The position numbers were made by a program, and so were the translations under genes. The notes below the pieces were generated by a model. It was not told the origin of the DNA, did no database searches, and was given only the letters and a program-made list of their open reading frames with translations. Positions 50,275-62,399 of a stretch of 63,845 bases of DNA are shown piece after piece (positions within the stretch are counted from its first letter, which is position 1; the number at the start of each line of letters is the position of its first letter). Source of the stretch: Octopus bimaculoides (taxonomy: Eukaryota); assembly GCF_001194135.2 (NCBI RefSeq), contig NC_068990.1, positions 81,597,549 to 81,661,393 on the forward strand, written 5' to 3'.

Positions 50275-52944
50275 TTGATAACTAAGGTGACCATCATATC
50301 TACCAAAAAGAATCACGTGCATGCACACACGCACACGTTCTCTCACACGTACACACACACATACAAACACACACACACACACATACACACTTACTTACAC
50401 ATACACTCAGACATGTATGTATACATATACATATACATCCAAAATCTCTCTGCATGGTGGCCGATCATAAATCATCATTAACGTTGTCGTATATGTATCA
50501 TTTTATTTAATATATGATGGGGTGTATTTATTTAAGGCAATAACCATATCAAGCTTTAATATTTATACCATTTTTTTTTTTTTTTATCGATGATAAATTT
50601 GATGAACTTGTAAATTACAGGTATTCAAGAGATGTTTTACAGTATAAGAAGTATTGTTAAATCAAAATCAAAAATGATTAACTGCTTCATGACAACCCCA
50701 AATTTTAAGCATGTAAAATAGTAGAAAGACTACAGCAATGACTGCTACACTAAAGTATAAGCATGGATTGTCTGTGCATAAAGTAGTAGCAGTAGTAAGA
50801 CTAAAAAGGCGACCAATACAAAACAATATACCACAATGATTGTATTGATGGAAACATACATATTGAACTCTCACTTTAGTGCATTTAGTATAAAAATTAT
50901 AGTTCTAACCATGTTGCTTTAATTTAACAATGCATATCCGAAATGCTTCAGAAATGCTTCTCATTCAAGTAAAATTTTCTTTTACAACATTAAAAAAAAA
51001 ATTGATGATGTTTTTATTGATTTGAATAAAATAGAAGGAAAATAATATAATGATTGAAGTTTAAAAACATAACTTCTCCTTAATATAATCTGAGGACATT
51101 GTGAAAATAAATTCCTTTGAAGTAGCTATTTAATAATTGATGCTAAGGACAGCTTTAATTTATGTATTATTCAATTATATAAATATCACTGATTTATATG
51201 TTGTCCTTAGCTTCAGGACAACATACAGACCATGAATGCTGTAATATGTTAATATTACTCTGAAGGAACACTGTAGTATATATATAGTTTTGTAGCTGTG
51301 TTCGTAATGAAACACACTACTTGTGTATTTCAAATAATTTCAAGAATAATCTAGAATTTGAAGGATTTTAGTAAAATTAAATGAATTTGTTATAATTGAG
51401 CTGGTGCTTGAAACTTAATTTAGCAATGAGATTTGACATAAAATTATGAAGAAATGTTTTAATCTAAATAGGAACATTTAAATGAGGTGTTTTGTAAGAG
51501 AGGTGGCCTTGGGTAGGTTGGTATAAAAACATTTAATATAAATAACTACTTGGATATATACATGAATACACATACACATGCACACAGACATATACATGCA
51601 GATACACACAGGTACACACTACACAGATACACGCATACAGGGAGATGGATAAATAGATATCATCTACTATCATCGTCATCATCATTATCATGTTCATCTT
51701 TCTATGCTAGCATAGATTGGAAGGGTCTTCACAGCCCAAGTTGTCTCTCATTGAGAGCTACAGCTTACAATAACTAGGTACTCATAAGTAAAATGTGGCT
51801 TGGTTTCTGTGACTGAATGCCCTTCTTAATGTTAAGCACTTTACAGAGTGTGCAGTGTGCATGCACTCATGCCACCATCACAAATGAAGTTGATTAGTCC
51901 TTAATGATACAGGACTAGAAAGACCTCATAACTTTACACTTTCAATGCTGATTTAGCCAATCACTTTACAGTGTGAAGAGTAGATGAAGTGGGGCGAACT
52001 TGTACACAGTAAAGCTAGATGCCCTTCCTAATGTTGACTTAAGAGTGTACTGGGTGCTTTTTATGTGACATTAGCACCAGGGACATCACCAAGTACCCAC
52101 ATGACAAGTCCCATCAACTGAATGTGCTATTAAATAGAGGGATAGGAGCAGGTGTCTTGCTGGAGAGGTGAATAGATAACTTGTTCACCTGAAAAGAGAA
52201 AGAAAGCGATGTGAGGAACAGGTGAATATGAGACAGAATAGAGTACAGGATTGGAAAAAGTGGATGTGTAGATAAGTGCCCTGAGTGACAAATGATTAGA
52301 GATAGGGAATGCATGGTACTTTGGGCAAGTGTCTTCTACAATAGCCCTGCTCCAACTGAGGCCTTTTGAGTGGATTTGGTGGACAGAATCCCATCTCTCT
52401 CTCTCTGTCTCTATCTTACACACACACACACACATTCACACACACACAGATAGGTTTGTTTATGTTACTGTTCTCTTGCCTTGACATGATGTGATAGTTG
52501 TAATCAAGTGCCACCATCGTGCTAGTGGTATCCTCTGTTTCCTATCTTCTGATATATATTTTGTCTTTGGGAAATATTACTTTTCATGCAAACACATGAG
52601 GGTTGGTGACAGGGAGTGCAACCATCTATAGAAAATCCTCCTCAACAAATACAATCTAACCCATGCAAGAATGGCACTCATATATTTTAATGATTAAATA
52701 TGAGGTATTGTATAAAAGAAAATGGGAAAAAGTTGTAACATCACCTGTAAAATTTGAATGCTGCATTTACTCTAAGCTGTATAGTTTTGTTAACGAAAAT
52801 ATCATAACAACCTTGACATCACTCCAGGGCATTCAAGAAAATCTGTTTCCCTTTTGTCCTTAGTGTTTCTTGTTCTTGTGCATCTGCTACATACAAAATT
52901 TACTTTCTATGTTAACTTTCCTGTGATCCTAATGAACCTTTCAT

Positions 52945-53170
52945 GTTGTACTTGGCTTTTGTAAATCTTGAGAAAGCCTACAGTAAGATTTCTTTCTTGA
53001 TCTAATGATCACGATGAAAACTAAGAATACCTGGAGAGAGCCATCCTAATCATAAGTAGAGGTGCTGTTAGTAAGCTGGGGGTTAACGAGAAACACAACA
53101 AATTTATTGTGTTAGTAGGAGTTCACAAGAGCTTGACTCTCAGTGCCTCACTATTTATCATTGTCAACAG
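52945..53170 (+). mobile_element. RTE RT fragment (sense)
   Basis: LYLAFVNLEKAYSKI...VGVHK...LFIIV. Confidence 0.7.
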
Positions 53171-54960
53171 TCTTTTGTCATTTCCTCCATTTGCACTTTG
53201 TCGTATGTGCATCATAACACTTCACACCAAGCAGAATATACAAGCTTCATTCTTTTCTAGCTTTTAAATGTCTTCTGTGTTTAGGGTTCATGTCTTGATA
53301 CTGTGTTGCATTACTGTTTGTCCACAAGTATACAATTTGCTTTTCTTTTTTGCAAGAAAGAACTTTTGTTATCAACAGAGATAATAATTCTCTTAACTTT
53401 CTCAATTTGGTTCTCCTTCTAGCAGCTATCTTTTGAGAACATCTTCCACTGCTGATTACGTCACCTAAGTAGCAGAAACTAGCTACTGCCACCAGTAAAT
53501 CTTCTAGGCATCCAAGGGAATCTATTTCTCTGTGTGTCCTTGGTGTTTATTGCTTCTGTACATTTGCCACAAAGTCTGCTTTCTCTGTAACCTGCCTATG
53601 ATCCAACTGCACGTCTTGTTTGTCCATAGCTTGCACTGAATACACCTTATGGAACTTCTGCATACACCTTTCTATATAAGGTGTGAAGCTATTTTCCTGA
53701 AGGGAGAAGAGTCTTATGTGTTTTCCTGCTGACTAGAAGTTTGATTTTTCTCTAAGTTAATTGTAAGTCCCTTTGATTCCAGGTTTTGCTTCCACACCTG
53801 GAATTACTTTCCTTAATCTGTTTCAGATTCCACTATATAAGAATGGTTATCAGTATATAGTAGTTCACAAGGGCTACCAGTCTTTAATTTCTGTTATGGT
53901 TGGAAGGACTATGATGGAAAGGATGAGACCAAGTACCAGCCCTGGTGAACTCCTACGTGTACATCAAATCTGTTGCTGTACTTGTAAACACTCATCTTAC
54001 TGACACCACCCCTGTCAACACCTAGCTTCCTCAGAGACCAGTAGATCACAACATCAGGAAGCCTGTAAAAATCTTTCTCTAGATCATTGAATGCAAGGTA
54101 CAATCGTTTAATGTTAGCTAAATACTTTTCCTGAAGTTGTCTTACCAGAAAGAGGGTATCGCTAGTACTTCTCTTTGGCACAAAATCAAAATGCATCTTA
54201 TCTAATCTGATTCTCTTCCTAATTAATTGGGCTATAATTATTTTGGTAACTTTTGTGACCTGGTTCAACAATTTAATACCTCTGTAATTACATCTAAGAC
54301 ATCTCTTTTACCCCTGTAACAGTTGACTTTAATGCTGCTATGTCAGTTTGTGTATAACGTCTTCCTGTATGACCTGATTAACTATATGAATGACGAGGCC
54401 ATATTCCACACTGGCAGATATTTCAAGCATCTCAGTGATGCTTCTTGATGGACCAGAGGCTTTCTCCACCCTCATATCATTAATTGCCTTGTCAGTCATA
54501 CTGCTGTTGATAGCTGGTCCCTCTGTTGGATACACATTGGAAAGACCCTCTTTCTCTCTTGCATTGCCCATATTTAATAGCCTTTTATAGTAGCAATTTC
54601 ATGCTTCTTTCTTTTCAGCATCACTGACTGCAAGTGTACCATTATTCATCCAGTCACTTCTCACCCACATCTTTTTGGCTCCTCAATTCTCCCTGATACA
54701 GTCTTGCAATCTGGAACACTATATTCCTCAGAGCCTCACACTTTAAAACTTTGGCAAACCTTTTCCTTTCTGATTCTTCCATTGCAATGCTCACCTGTTC
54801 TAGCTACCTGATATAATTCTTTCTTGCCTTCATTTTTCTAGTGTTTCCTTTTCTGACTCTTTGCTTTAATGACTCTATTTACCTCATTATTCCACCTCTA
54901 TGTCCCCTTTGATCTGGCTAGAACTTTGCACCAGCCTCTGATTTGCTCTGTTGTTCTCAG
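53170..54960 (-). mobile_element. Decayed RTE LINE RT region (antisense)
   Basis: HFDFVPKRSTSDTLFLVRQLQEKYLA..KRLYLAFNDLEKDFYRL, VGVHQG, CYLGDVISSG; many stops and frameshifts. Confidence 0.9.
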
Positions 54961-55208
54961 TGGGTTGTCATGTTGGAGCTTCTAGTTCTCCTCTAAGTTA
55001 TACATCTTCGTCATCTCCCCTTTTTTCAAATGCACTAACTGGTACTTCTCTAAATTTATGACTGTTCACTGTATATTTATGCTTCCATAATTTTCTTTTC
55101 TATGCTGGTTTGTGTCTCTGAGTCCTTTAAACTCTATATCTGAAATCACTAACCACTAAACTATGGTGGGTTCTACATTCCTCGCCTATGTAGGACTTTG
55201 CATTCACA

Positions 55209-55274
<66 letters not shown>

Positions 55275-55863
55275 CACACACACACTCACACATATACATA
55301 CATATGTACATATGTGTATAACTGTATACGTATATGTGCATGTACATGTGTGTATATATGTATTATATTATTGCTTATACAGTATTATAGACTTGGTCTC
55401 ATAACAACTGATTCATATTACCAAATGGTTTGATGTTAAAGAACATTCCAAGTATAAAATTGTAAATTTTGAGAGATCAGACATGACAGAAAGCAAGAAT
55501 ATAGGTTGTTGTCTTTTTTACTTGAGATCTGAAAATGCAACGTTTCATTTATGAGTTGGAGTGATGTCAAAAAGAAAATGGGATAAAACTCAGGGATGAA
55601 AAAACACAGTCAACATCCACATCACTGAATATATATATATAAATGGCTTTTTTTTTTACTAAAGCAAAACTTATTGGACAACTATATAAATATCTATCTG
55701 CCTACCTTTCTGTTTCTCTTTATATATATATATAAAAAGATAGATTGATTTATATGTATGTGTAGATAGATATAGGCATATATATATGTATATGTATGTG
55801 TGTGTGTATATGTATATAAATATATATGTATATATATATGTGTCTGTGTGTGTGTATATATAT

Positions 55864-55910
<47 letters not shown>

Positions 55911-57534
55911 TGGTGGGGCACTGCCTTGAAGAATTTTTAGTCGAATCTATCGACCCCAGTACTTAGTTTTTTAAAGTCTGGTAACTTATTCTATTAATTT
56001 CTTTTGCCAAACCTCTAAGTCACAGGGATGTAAACACTTTATCACTGGTTGTCAAGTGGTGGTGGTGGGACAACAGAGACACAGTGACATACATCCATAT
56101 GTGTGTGTGTGTGCGCGCGTGTGTGTGTGTGTGTGTCTGTGTCTGTATGTGTGTGTGTGTGTGAAGGTGCATGGCTTAGTGGTTAGGATGTTGTGCTCAC
56201 AACTGTGTGATCATGGGTTTGATACCTTGACTGGGTGTTGCGTTGTGTTGCTGAGCAAAGCACTTCATTTCATGTTGCTCTGTGATCATTTCATCATCTG
56301 ACATGTGGCACAAGGTGTGCCTGTACAGGTAATGTCGATATGATGGAGGGATTGATCTTATGTGAACACAACCATTTGATCACTATAAACAAATCATCTG
56401 TGTGGTTGATTGGTGAGAAATTGCCGAACCCTCATACATCGTCCAACAATGGGGGAGTTCATGATATATAGACATACACATATATCCAGTGGACTTCTTT
56501 CAGTTTCCATCTGCCAAATCCATGCTTTGGTTGACCCAAAGTTATTGTAGAAGACATTTGCCCTAGGTGCCATGCAGTAGGACTGAACCCAGAATGATGT
56601 GGTTAGGACATAAGGTTCTTACCACATAGCCATGCCTGTGTAAATATATGTATTTGTAAATAGGAATATGTATATATAAATATTTATTTACTCTCAAACA
56701 TGCCAAGTGGTTGGACATAGTCTTTTTGAACATATCACATTCTGTAATGTGTGTGTGTGTGTAGAAGCTTTGGTCAGCCTGAGGCTGTACCACACACCTG
56801 CACCTATTACACACGCACCCCTCCCCCACCATTTATATATTTATATTTGTTCTATAAATGATAAAAACAATTAGAAGGTCATGTGAATAATGCATATTTT
56901 TTCAAATAGTTAGCTCATTATGCAGTCTGCTTGATTAGGTTTACACATATATGTATGTATGTGTATGTGTGTGTGTAGTAAGAAACACTAAGGAATACTA
57001 AGCAGCAACAGGTCTAGGGTAAGCTTTAAACAAGCTTTAAATGTGACTGACCTACCTTTTATTTCTGATATTTAGCAACTTCATTGTCTCTGCATTACTA
57101 ATGTCTTTCAAGAAGACACAGAAGATTACACACTCTCATTACTTCTTTCCTGGCAGTTTTTGGCTCTTTTATGCCTATGTAATAAATCAATAATAAATGA
57201 GAATTCAGACTGATAGATTTTCATTCACACCATTTACATTCGATATCTTCTTCAAACAACATGCAATGAAAATTCAATAAGTCATGTGACTTAGAAAGCC
57301 AACTGCATGAATACTCTTTTTACACTTTTGCTGCTTTCAACCAGTTTGTTGTGGTCATGTTGGGGACTATCATCGATGCTGTTGTTAAAGCCTTTCTTCT
57401 CAATTAAATAATTGACGAATGAGGGTGTTTGATATTATTTCTCTCATATCAATCTCTTACTGTGTTGCATGTTCATTTGGGCTCTTTTACCATACAATTT
57501 TTAAGTGTTCTTTCCCTTTCACTCATCCATGCAG

Positions 57535-57671
57535 ATCCTTATGTTTTGCAGAAAGATACTAAGGAAATACAATGCTTTGAACCTCTGCTCCTAACTCAGG
57601 TTGAAGAGAGTGGGACTTTAGGCACTCTGAAGTTGCATGTACTATACAGTAATGTTCATGACAATATGTAA
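57535..57671 (+). CDS. Candidate terminal exon (PYVLQKDTKEIQCFEPLLLTQVEESGTLGTLKLHVLYSNVHDNM*)
   Basis: Pyrimidine tract ttctttccctttcactcatccatgcAG, then 44 open codons in phase 1 in unique sequence. Confidence 0.3.
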
Positions 57672-58322
57672 TTTATAAAGACAGTTTTGCTCAGTTTTAA
57701 ATTTGAAGCTATTTTATTACTTAATTGATGAAGCACCATCAATAAGGGTCTTATTCTCTGCAACATTCAGAATCAGTTAATATTTCATTTCATAAATGTC
57801 GTCTCTCAAAGTGTTCACACACTAAAACTTAACAGTTACATCTTATCTTTAAAATATAAGAAAGACTGTTTCAATCTCAGAGAAAATGTTTTCATGGTAT
57901 TTAACCTGTCAGTATCTCTGTTGTGATATATGCATCAGTATCTAACTGTGATATATGCATCAATATCTCTGTTTAGAAATGAAGCTTTGAATCCAGACAG
58001 GTACTCTGCGCATATCCAGAAATAAGATATTTAATGATAATTGAAGATCAAACCAATCAAAATGCTATCTGATGATATTAATACTAAAATAGCTCTTCAT
58101 ATCTAAACATATGACTGTCTGAAAAATTATCATTGTACTAATTGATGATAATTTTAGACAAAATTGTTCTCCATCCTTTTTGTCTTTATATCTCTCGAAA
58201 AATCTTGAATTTTAGCATGCATCACAGTAGCAACAGAATAAAGCCTCAGTTTTGAATGAGCTTACGTGAATAAATTCTTCTACATATTCTTTTTGTATTT
58301 GTACATCTAAATATGTGTGCAT

Positions 58323-58375
<53 letters not shown>

Positions 58376-59144
58376 NNNNNNNNNNCACACACACACACAC
58401 ACACAAAATTAGATAATAAAGATAAACATTCTAAATAAAGAATTCCTATCTTTTTGGTACTGTGAGATCATAAATTAGCCTTGTTTTTTTGTTGAAGTCA
58501 TTTTAAATCAAATAAATTGCTAATGCTATGAAGATTACAACTTTCATTTTTCTTTTCCAAAGATCTTGGTTTATATTTTCATAGATGCAAATACATATAC
58601 ATACTAAAATGTAAATGCCTGATAGGTATCACTGGATGGTATATTAGCGCAAGATAAAAAAAAAAAAAGAATTTCATTGCCATATTTTGATACTATTGAT
58701 CTGTAAAAATCATTACTTTGGTAATCCATGGAATATAATCAATTTATGTGTATTATGGAAGAGTATCTAATATATTTGATTTAGTGAAATTATGATAAGA
58801 GTTGCCAAGTGGGATTTTGGGAAAATATTGTTTATTGATTATTACTATTATCAGAAGTGTTTTGGTAGGTGTGTAGATAATGAATATTGATTGCATTGCT
58901 TTACAATTTTCTTGAAATATTTGGCATTTCAAACATGTCAATAAGATGTATACATTTAGAAGTTTGCTATAAGTAGAGTCTTTTCAAATGGTAATGCAAG
59001 TTGATAATATACATTTGAGTTTAATATCTGTTATATTTTATCAGCTAAAAATTTCCTCCTTTTCACTTGATATCAAAGATGGAATAGATTTTATATTCCC
59101 AACTATTTGGAGTTTAGTCACTTTTTCAGAACAGTTTTTTTTTC

Positions 59145-59233
<89 letters not shown>

Positions 59234-59368
59234 AGCTAGGAACTGATGTGAAATTCTACTCAGATTATTGTTTATTAGATTTCTGAATTTATGACTTGGA
59301 TATAAAAATCAGAGAAGCTAAGAGAACTCTCTAAAAAGGATTTACTCAAGTAAACATAATAATCTTTC

Positions 59369-59654
59369 CAGTTCTATATTTTAGAGATGAGGAATTATGT
59401 ATATTATTTACATTCGACGGATATTTGTCCTCATCTTGTTTGTTGTTAAAACGTTTCGGCTGATATACCCTCCAGCCTTCTTCAAATGTCTTGGGGAAAT
59501 TTCGAACCTGGGTTCTCATTCCTAAGGTATTTTTCGATGTTATTATTTTATTATTATTATTATGATTATTATCACTGTTCAGGTCACTGCTTGGAATCGA
59601 ACTCGGAATCTTGGGGTTAGTAGCCTGCGCTCTCAACCGCTACACCATATGCCC
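59369..59654 (-). mobile_element. tRNA-headed SINE-like element: A/B-box head + (AAT)n + tail with degenerate hammerhead
   Basis: Minus head GGGCATATGGTGTAGCGGTTGAGAGC...GAGTTCGATTCC (A and B boxes), (AAT)n linker, tail gacatTTGAAGA-A-GGCTG(10 nt)CAGCC-GAAACGTT. Confidence 0.7.
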
Positions 59655-59655
59655 A

Positions 59656-59665
59656 TGGGCATAAC

Positions 59666-59703
<38 letters not shown>

Positions 59704-59873
59704 CAACATCAAAAAATACCTTAGGAATGAGAACCCAAATTCGAAATTTCCCAAGACACCTGAAGAAGGCTGGTGGGTATATCAGCTGAAGCGTGTCAAC
59801 AACAAACAAGATGAGGACAAATATCTGTCAAATGTAAATAATGTACACAATTCCTCGTCTCTTAAATATAGAA

Positions 59874-59876
<3 letters not shown>
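59656..59876 (+). mobile_element. Second, headless inverted copy of the same element
   Basis: 59705-59876 is the reverse complement of 59369-59541 with scattered substitutions; contains GACAC-CTGAAGA-A-GGCTG(10 nt)CAGCT-GAAG-C-GTGTC. Confidence 0.75.
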
Positions 59877-59911
<35 letters not shown>

Positions 59912-60117
59912 TGTATACAGTATAACCCTCTTATTCTCTACCACTCATGTTCTCTCTTATTTGCTATGTCATGTTATCATTGTATAGAGGAATGACATTG
60001 AATGTGTTGATATTCAGTCCTCTATACCACCGCCCACACCACAGCCAAGTCATGCCTGCAAGGAAAGCTAATAGAAAATGATAAAACCTGTACCAAGTTT
60101 CATCTTGATTTTGTTCA

Positions 60118-61817
60118 TATTGTAGGGAATTAGTACTAGTGGTACACCCTTCCCACACGACGAATGGAATAACCTAGTCACTATAAGTAAAGAGAAGTAT
60201 GAGAAGTATCAGAGTACATCATAGGTGGTCAGAGATAGTCATGTCTTTACTGGTTTTACTAAGTATACTGTATACTGAAGTGGGTTTTATAACAATCCAA
60301 CATTTTAAGGATATAACTATGGCAACGGATTTAAACAACTCACGAGGAATTAATAAACTCAATGAGGATTTAAACAACTCACAAGGAATTAATAAACTCG
60401 ACGAGGAATTAAGCAACTCACGAAGAATTAATAAACTCGACAAGGATTTAAACAACTCTACGAGGAATTAATAACTCCTGAGAAGTTAACAAACTCACAA
60501 AGTTTTGTTGTGTGAATTTTACCAAAAAAAACAAATCGTAAAATTTATGGAAAATTTGTTGGCTGGTTTGCTCAAGTTCCAAAAACAGCAACAACAACAA
60601 CTGAAAGAACAACTACAATTGCTATTACAGCAACAAATGCTGCAATTAATGAAGTTGTCAGGAAATTCAGAAAGAATGTTTTCATCAGACTATGTTGCGA
60701 ACTCCATAACAGAGTTCANNNNNNNNNNCATCAGACTATGTTGCGAACTCCATAACAGAGTTCAAATACGAACCTGACAAAGGAGTTAACTTCGAAGAAT
60801 ACTACAGAAGATATGAGCAAATCTTTGAGAAAAGATGTAAAGATTGGGATGATGAGATGAAAACACACTTAATCTTGAGAAAACTGGTGGCAACATAACA
60901 TGAATGATACAGTAGTTATTTACTCTCGAGAAAACCTTCGGACATAAACTTTAATGACACAATAGATATACTGTGTAAAATTTTCAGTGAAAAGAGCTCA
61001 TTGTCCAGTACCTATTGGAAGTGTCGGAACATACAGAAGGAAGTTATGGATGAGGTAGCTCTTCAACAATTTTTAAGAGTGTACCATGACACCAGATACA
61101 CCAGCAGATAGCTCACCAGCAGAGCTGATGTTTGCAAGGAAAGTAAAATTAGTCTTTTGATAAATTGCTACCTGACAAGAAAACAAGTTGTGCCAGGGAG
61201 GACATAGCAAGATTTTTTGAAGTTGGTATAAAGATGTATATGAGGGCATAGAAGAATGGAAAGCAGAGTTGGGAAGATGGCGTAATTACCAAATGCATTG
61301 GTAAAATGATGTATTGGGTAAAAAATAGAAAAGGCATACTAAAGAGACATAGGAATCAACTGAAAAAGAAATTCGTGGAAAGCGAGCCAAAGAAGTTGGA
61401 GGAACCGATGGAATGGTTGTGTGATACATTCCAAGTACCAAAGCCACTGCAGGTGATTGATCCCAGGTGTACAAGTGAGAGGGAAAGAAAACATGCAGAG
61501 TTCCTGAAAATATATGCCAAGCATAAAAAATACCAAATTGTACGAAAAAATTCAAAAAAGGGAGGTGGGGATGAATAAAAAAAAATTATTGCTAAATAAA
61601 ATGACACTTCCTCAGAAAAACTTAAAAGGAGAGATGTTGTAAGGAATTAGTAGTAATGATGAATGGAATAATGTAGTCACTATAAGTCAAGAGAAGTACA
61701 TGAAGTACCAGAGTACGTAGTAGGTGGTCAAAGATAGTCATGTCTTTACTGGGTTTACTACGTATACTGTATACTAAAGTGGGTGTTACAACAATCCAAC
61801 ATTTTAAGGATATAACA
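60118..61817 (+). mobile_element. Internally deleted Ty3/Gypsy (K02A2.6-like) LTR retrotransposon
   Basis: LTRs 60118-60318 and 61635-61817 (T[A/G]TTGT...ATAAC[T/A]); 5-bp TSD GTTCA at 60113-60117 and 61818-61822; PBS-like TGGCAACG at 60320; PPT aaaaggagaga at 61624-61634; Gag-like YEPDKGVNFEEYYRRYEQIFEK and integrase C-terminal SPAELMFARKVK / KRHRNQLK fragments; no protease or RT. Confidence 0.9.
60324..60500 (+). repeat. 19-20-bp tandem array (consensus about GACGAGGA[AT]TTAA[TA]AAACTC, about 9 units) in the Gypsy leader
   Basis: Directly read; units alternate as a roughly 39-bp dimer; no unique spacers. Confidence 0.85.
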
Positions 61818-62399
61818 GTTCACAAATCGGGTTAAATACCATTTCATACTTTCAGTCATTGATATATTATCAGATATTTTGATGGCTGATAACAGCAAAA
61901 TATACAGGATGGTTTCTAAAAATGTTTTTAGTATTCCTGGATTTAAAGATTCTAAAAAAAATATCTGCCTAATCATCTTGATTTATTAAGTTTTTGATCA
62001 TTTAGTCCTCGATTGTAGTCAAAATTTGTGACAAAACATTGAAGGTTATTATTCAAACAATATATTTTTTGATTTTTTAACTGATTATTCCTTTTCTTCT
62101 CACCTAGATATTTATTTATTTTCTGACAAATTCTGCAGAACTAAATGACATTAAAAAAATCTCTGAAACAAGCATTTAGAAAATTTTTTTTATAGAGACT
62201 TCCCCAGCATATTTGTTTATATAGCAACATTAAAACAGCAACATTAAAACCTTAAAGATGTTTGACATCTAATTAGTTTCAAGAATTAACGAATGAAATA
62301 ACCTTCACTAGTTCAGACTTCATTATTCACAGAATATTGGTAATTCTTTTTTTTTTTGTTCTGACAGATTCTTTTATTTTGTTATGGAGAGCTTTCGCT

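Noticed and set aside
59578-59654. tRNA gene
   Set aside because: A and B boxes are present but the acceptor and anticodon stems are not intact, and it continues into a repeat tail; it is a SINE head. The same applies to 47659-47730.
60324-60500. CRISPR-like repeat array
   Set aside because: Contiguous tandem units with no unique spacers, inside a eukaryotic Gypsy leader; no cas genes.
60683-60764. 36-bp direct duplication flanking a 10-N gap
   Set aside because: Typical unmerged contig overlap; removing one copy restores the Gag frame.
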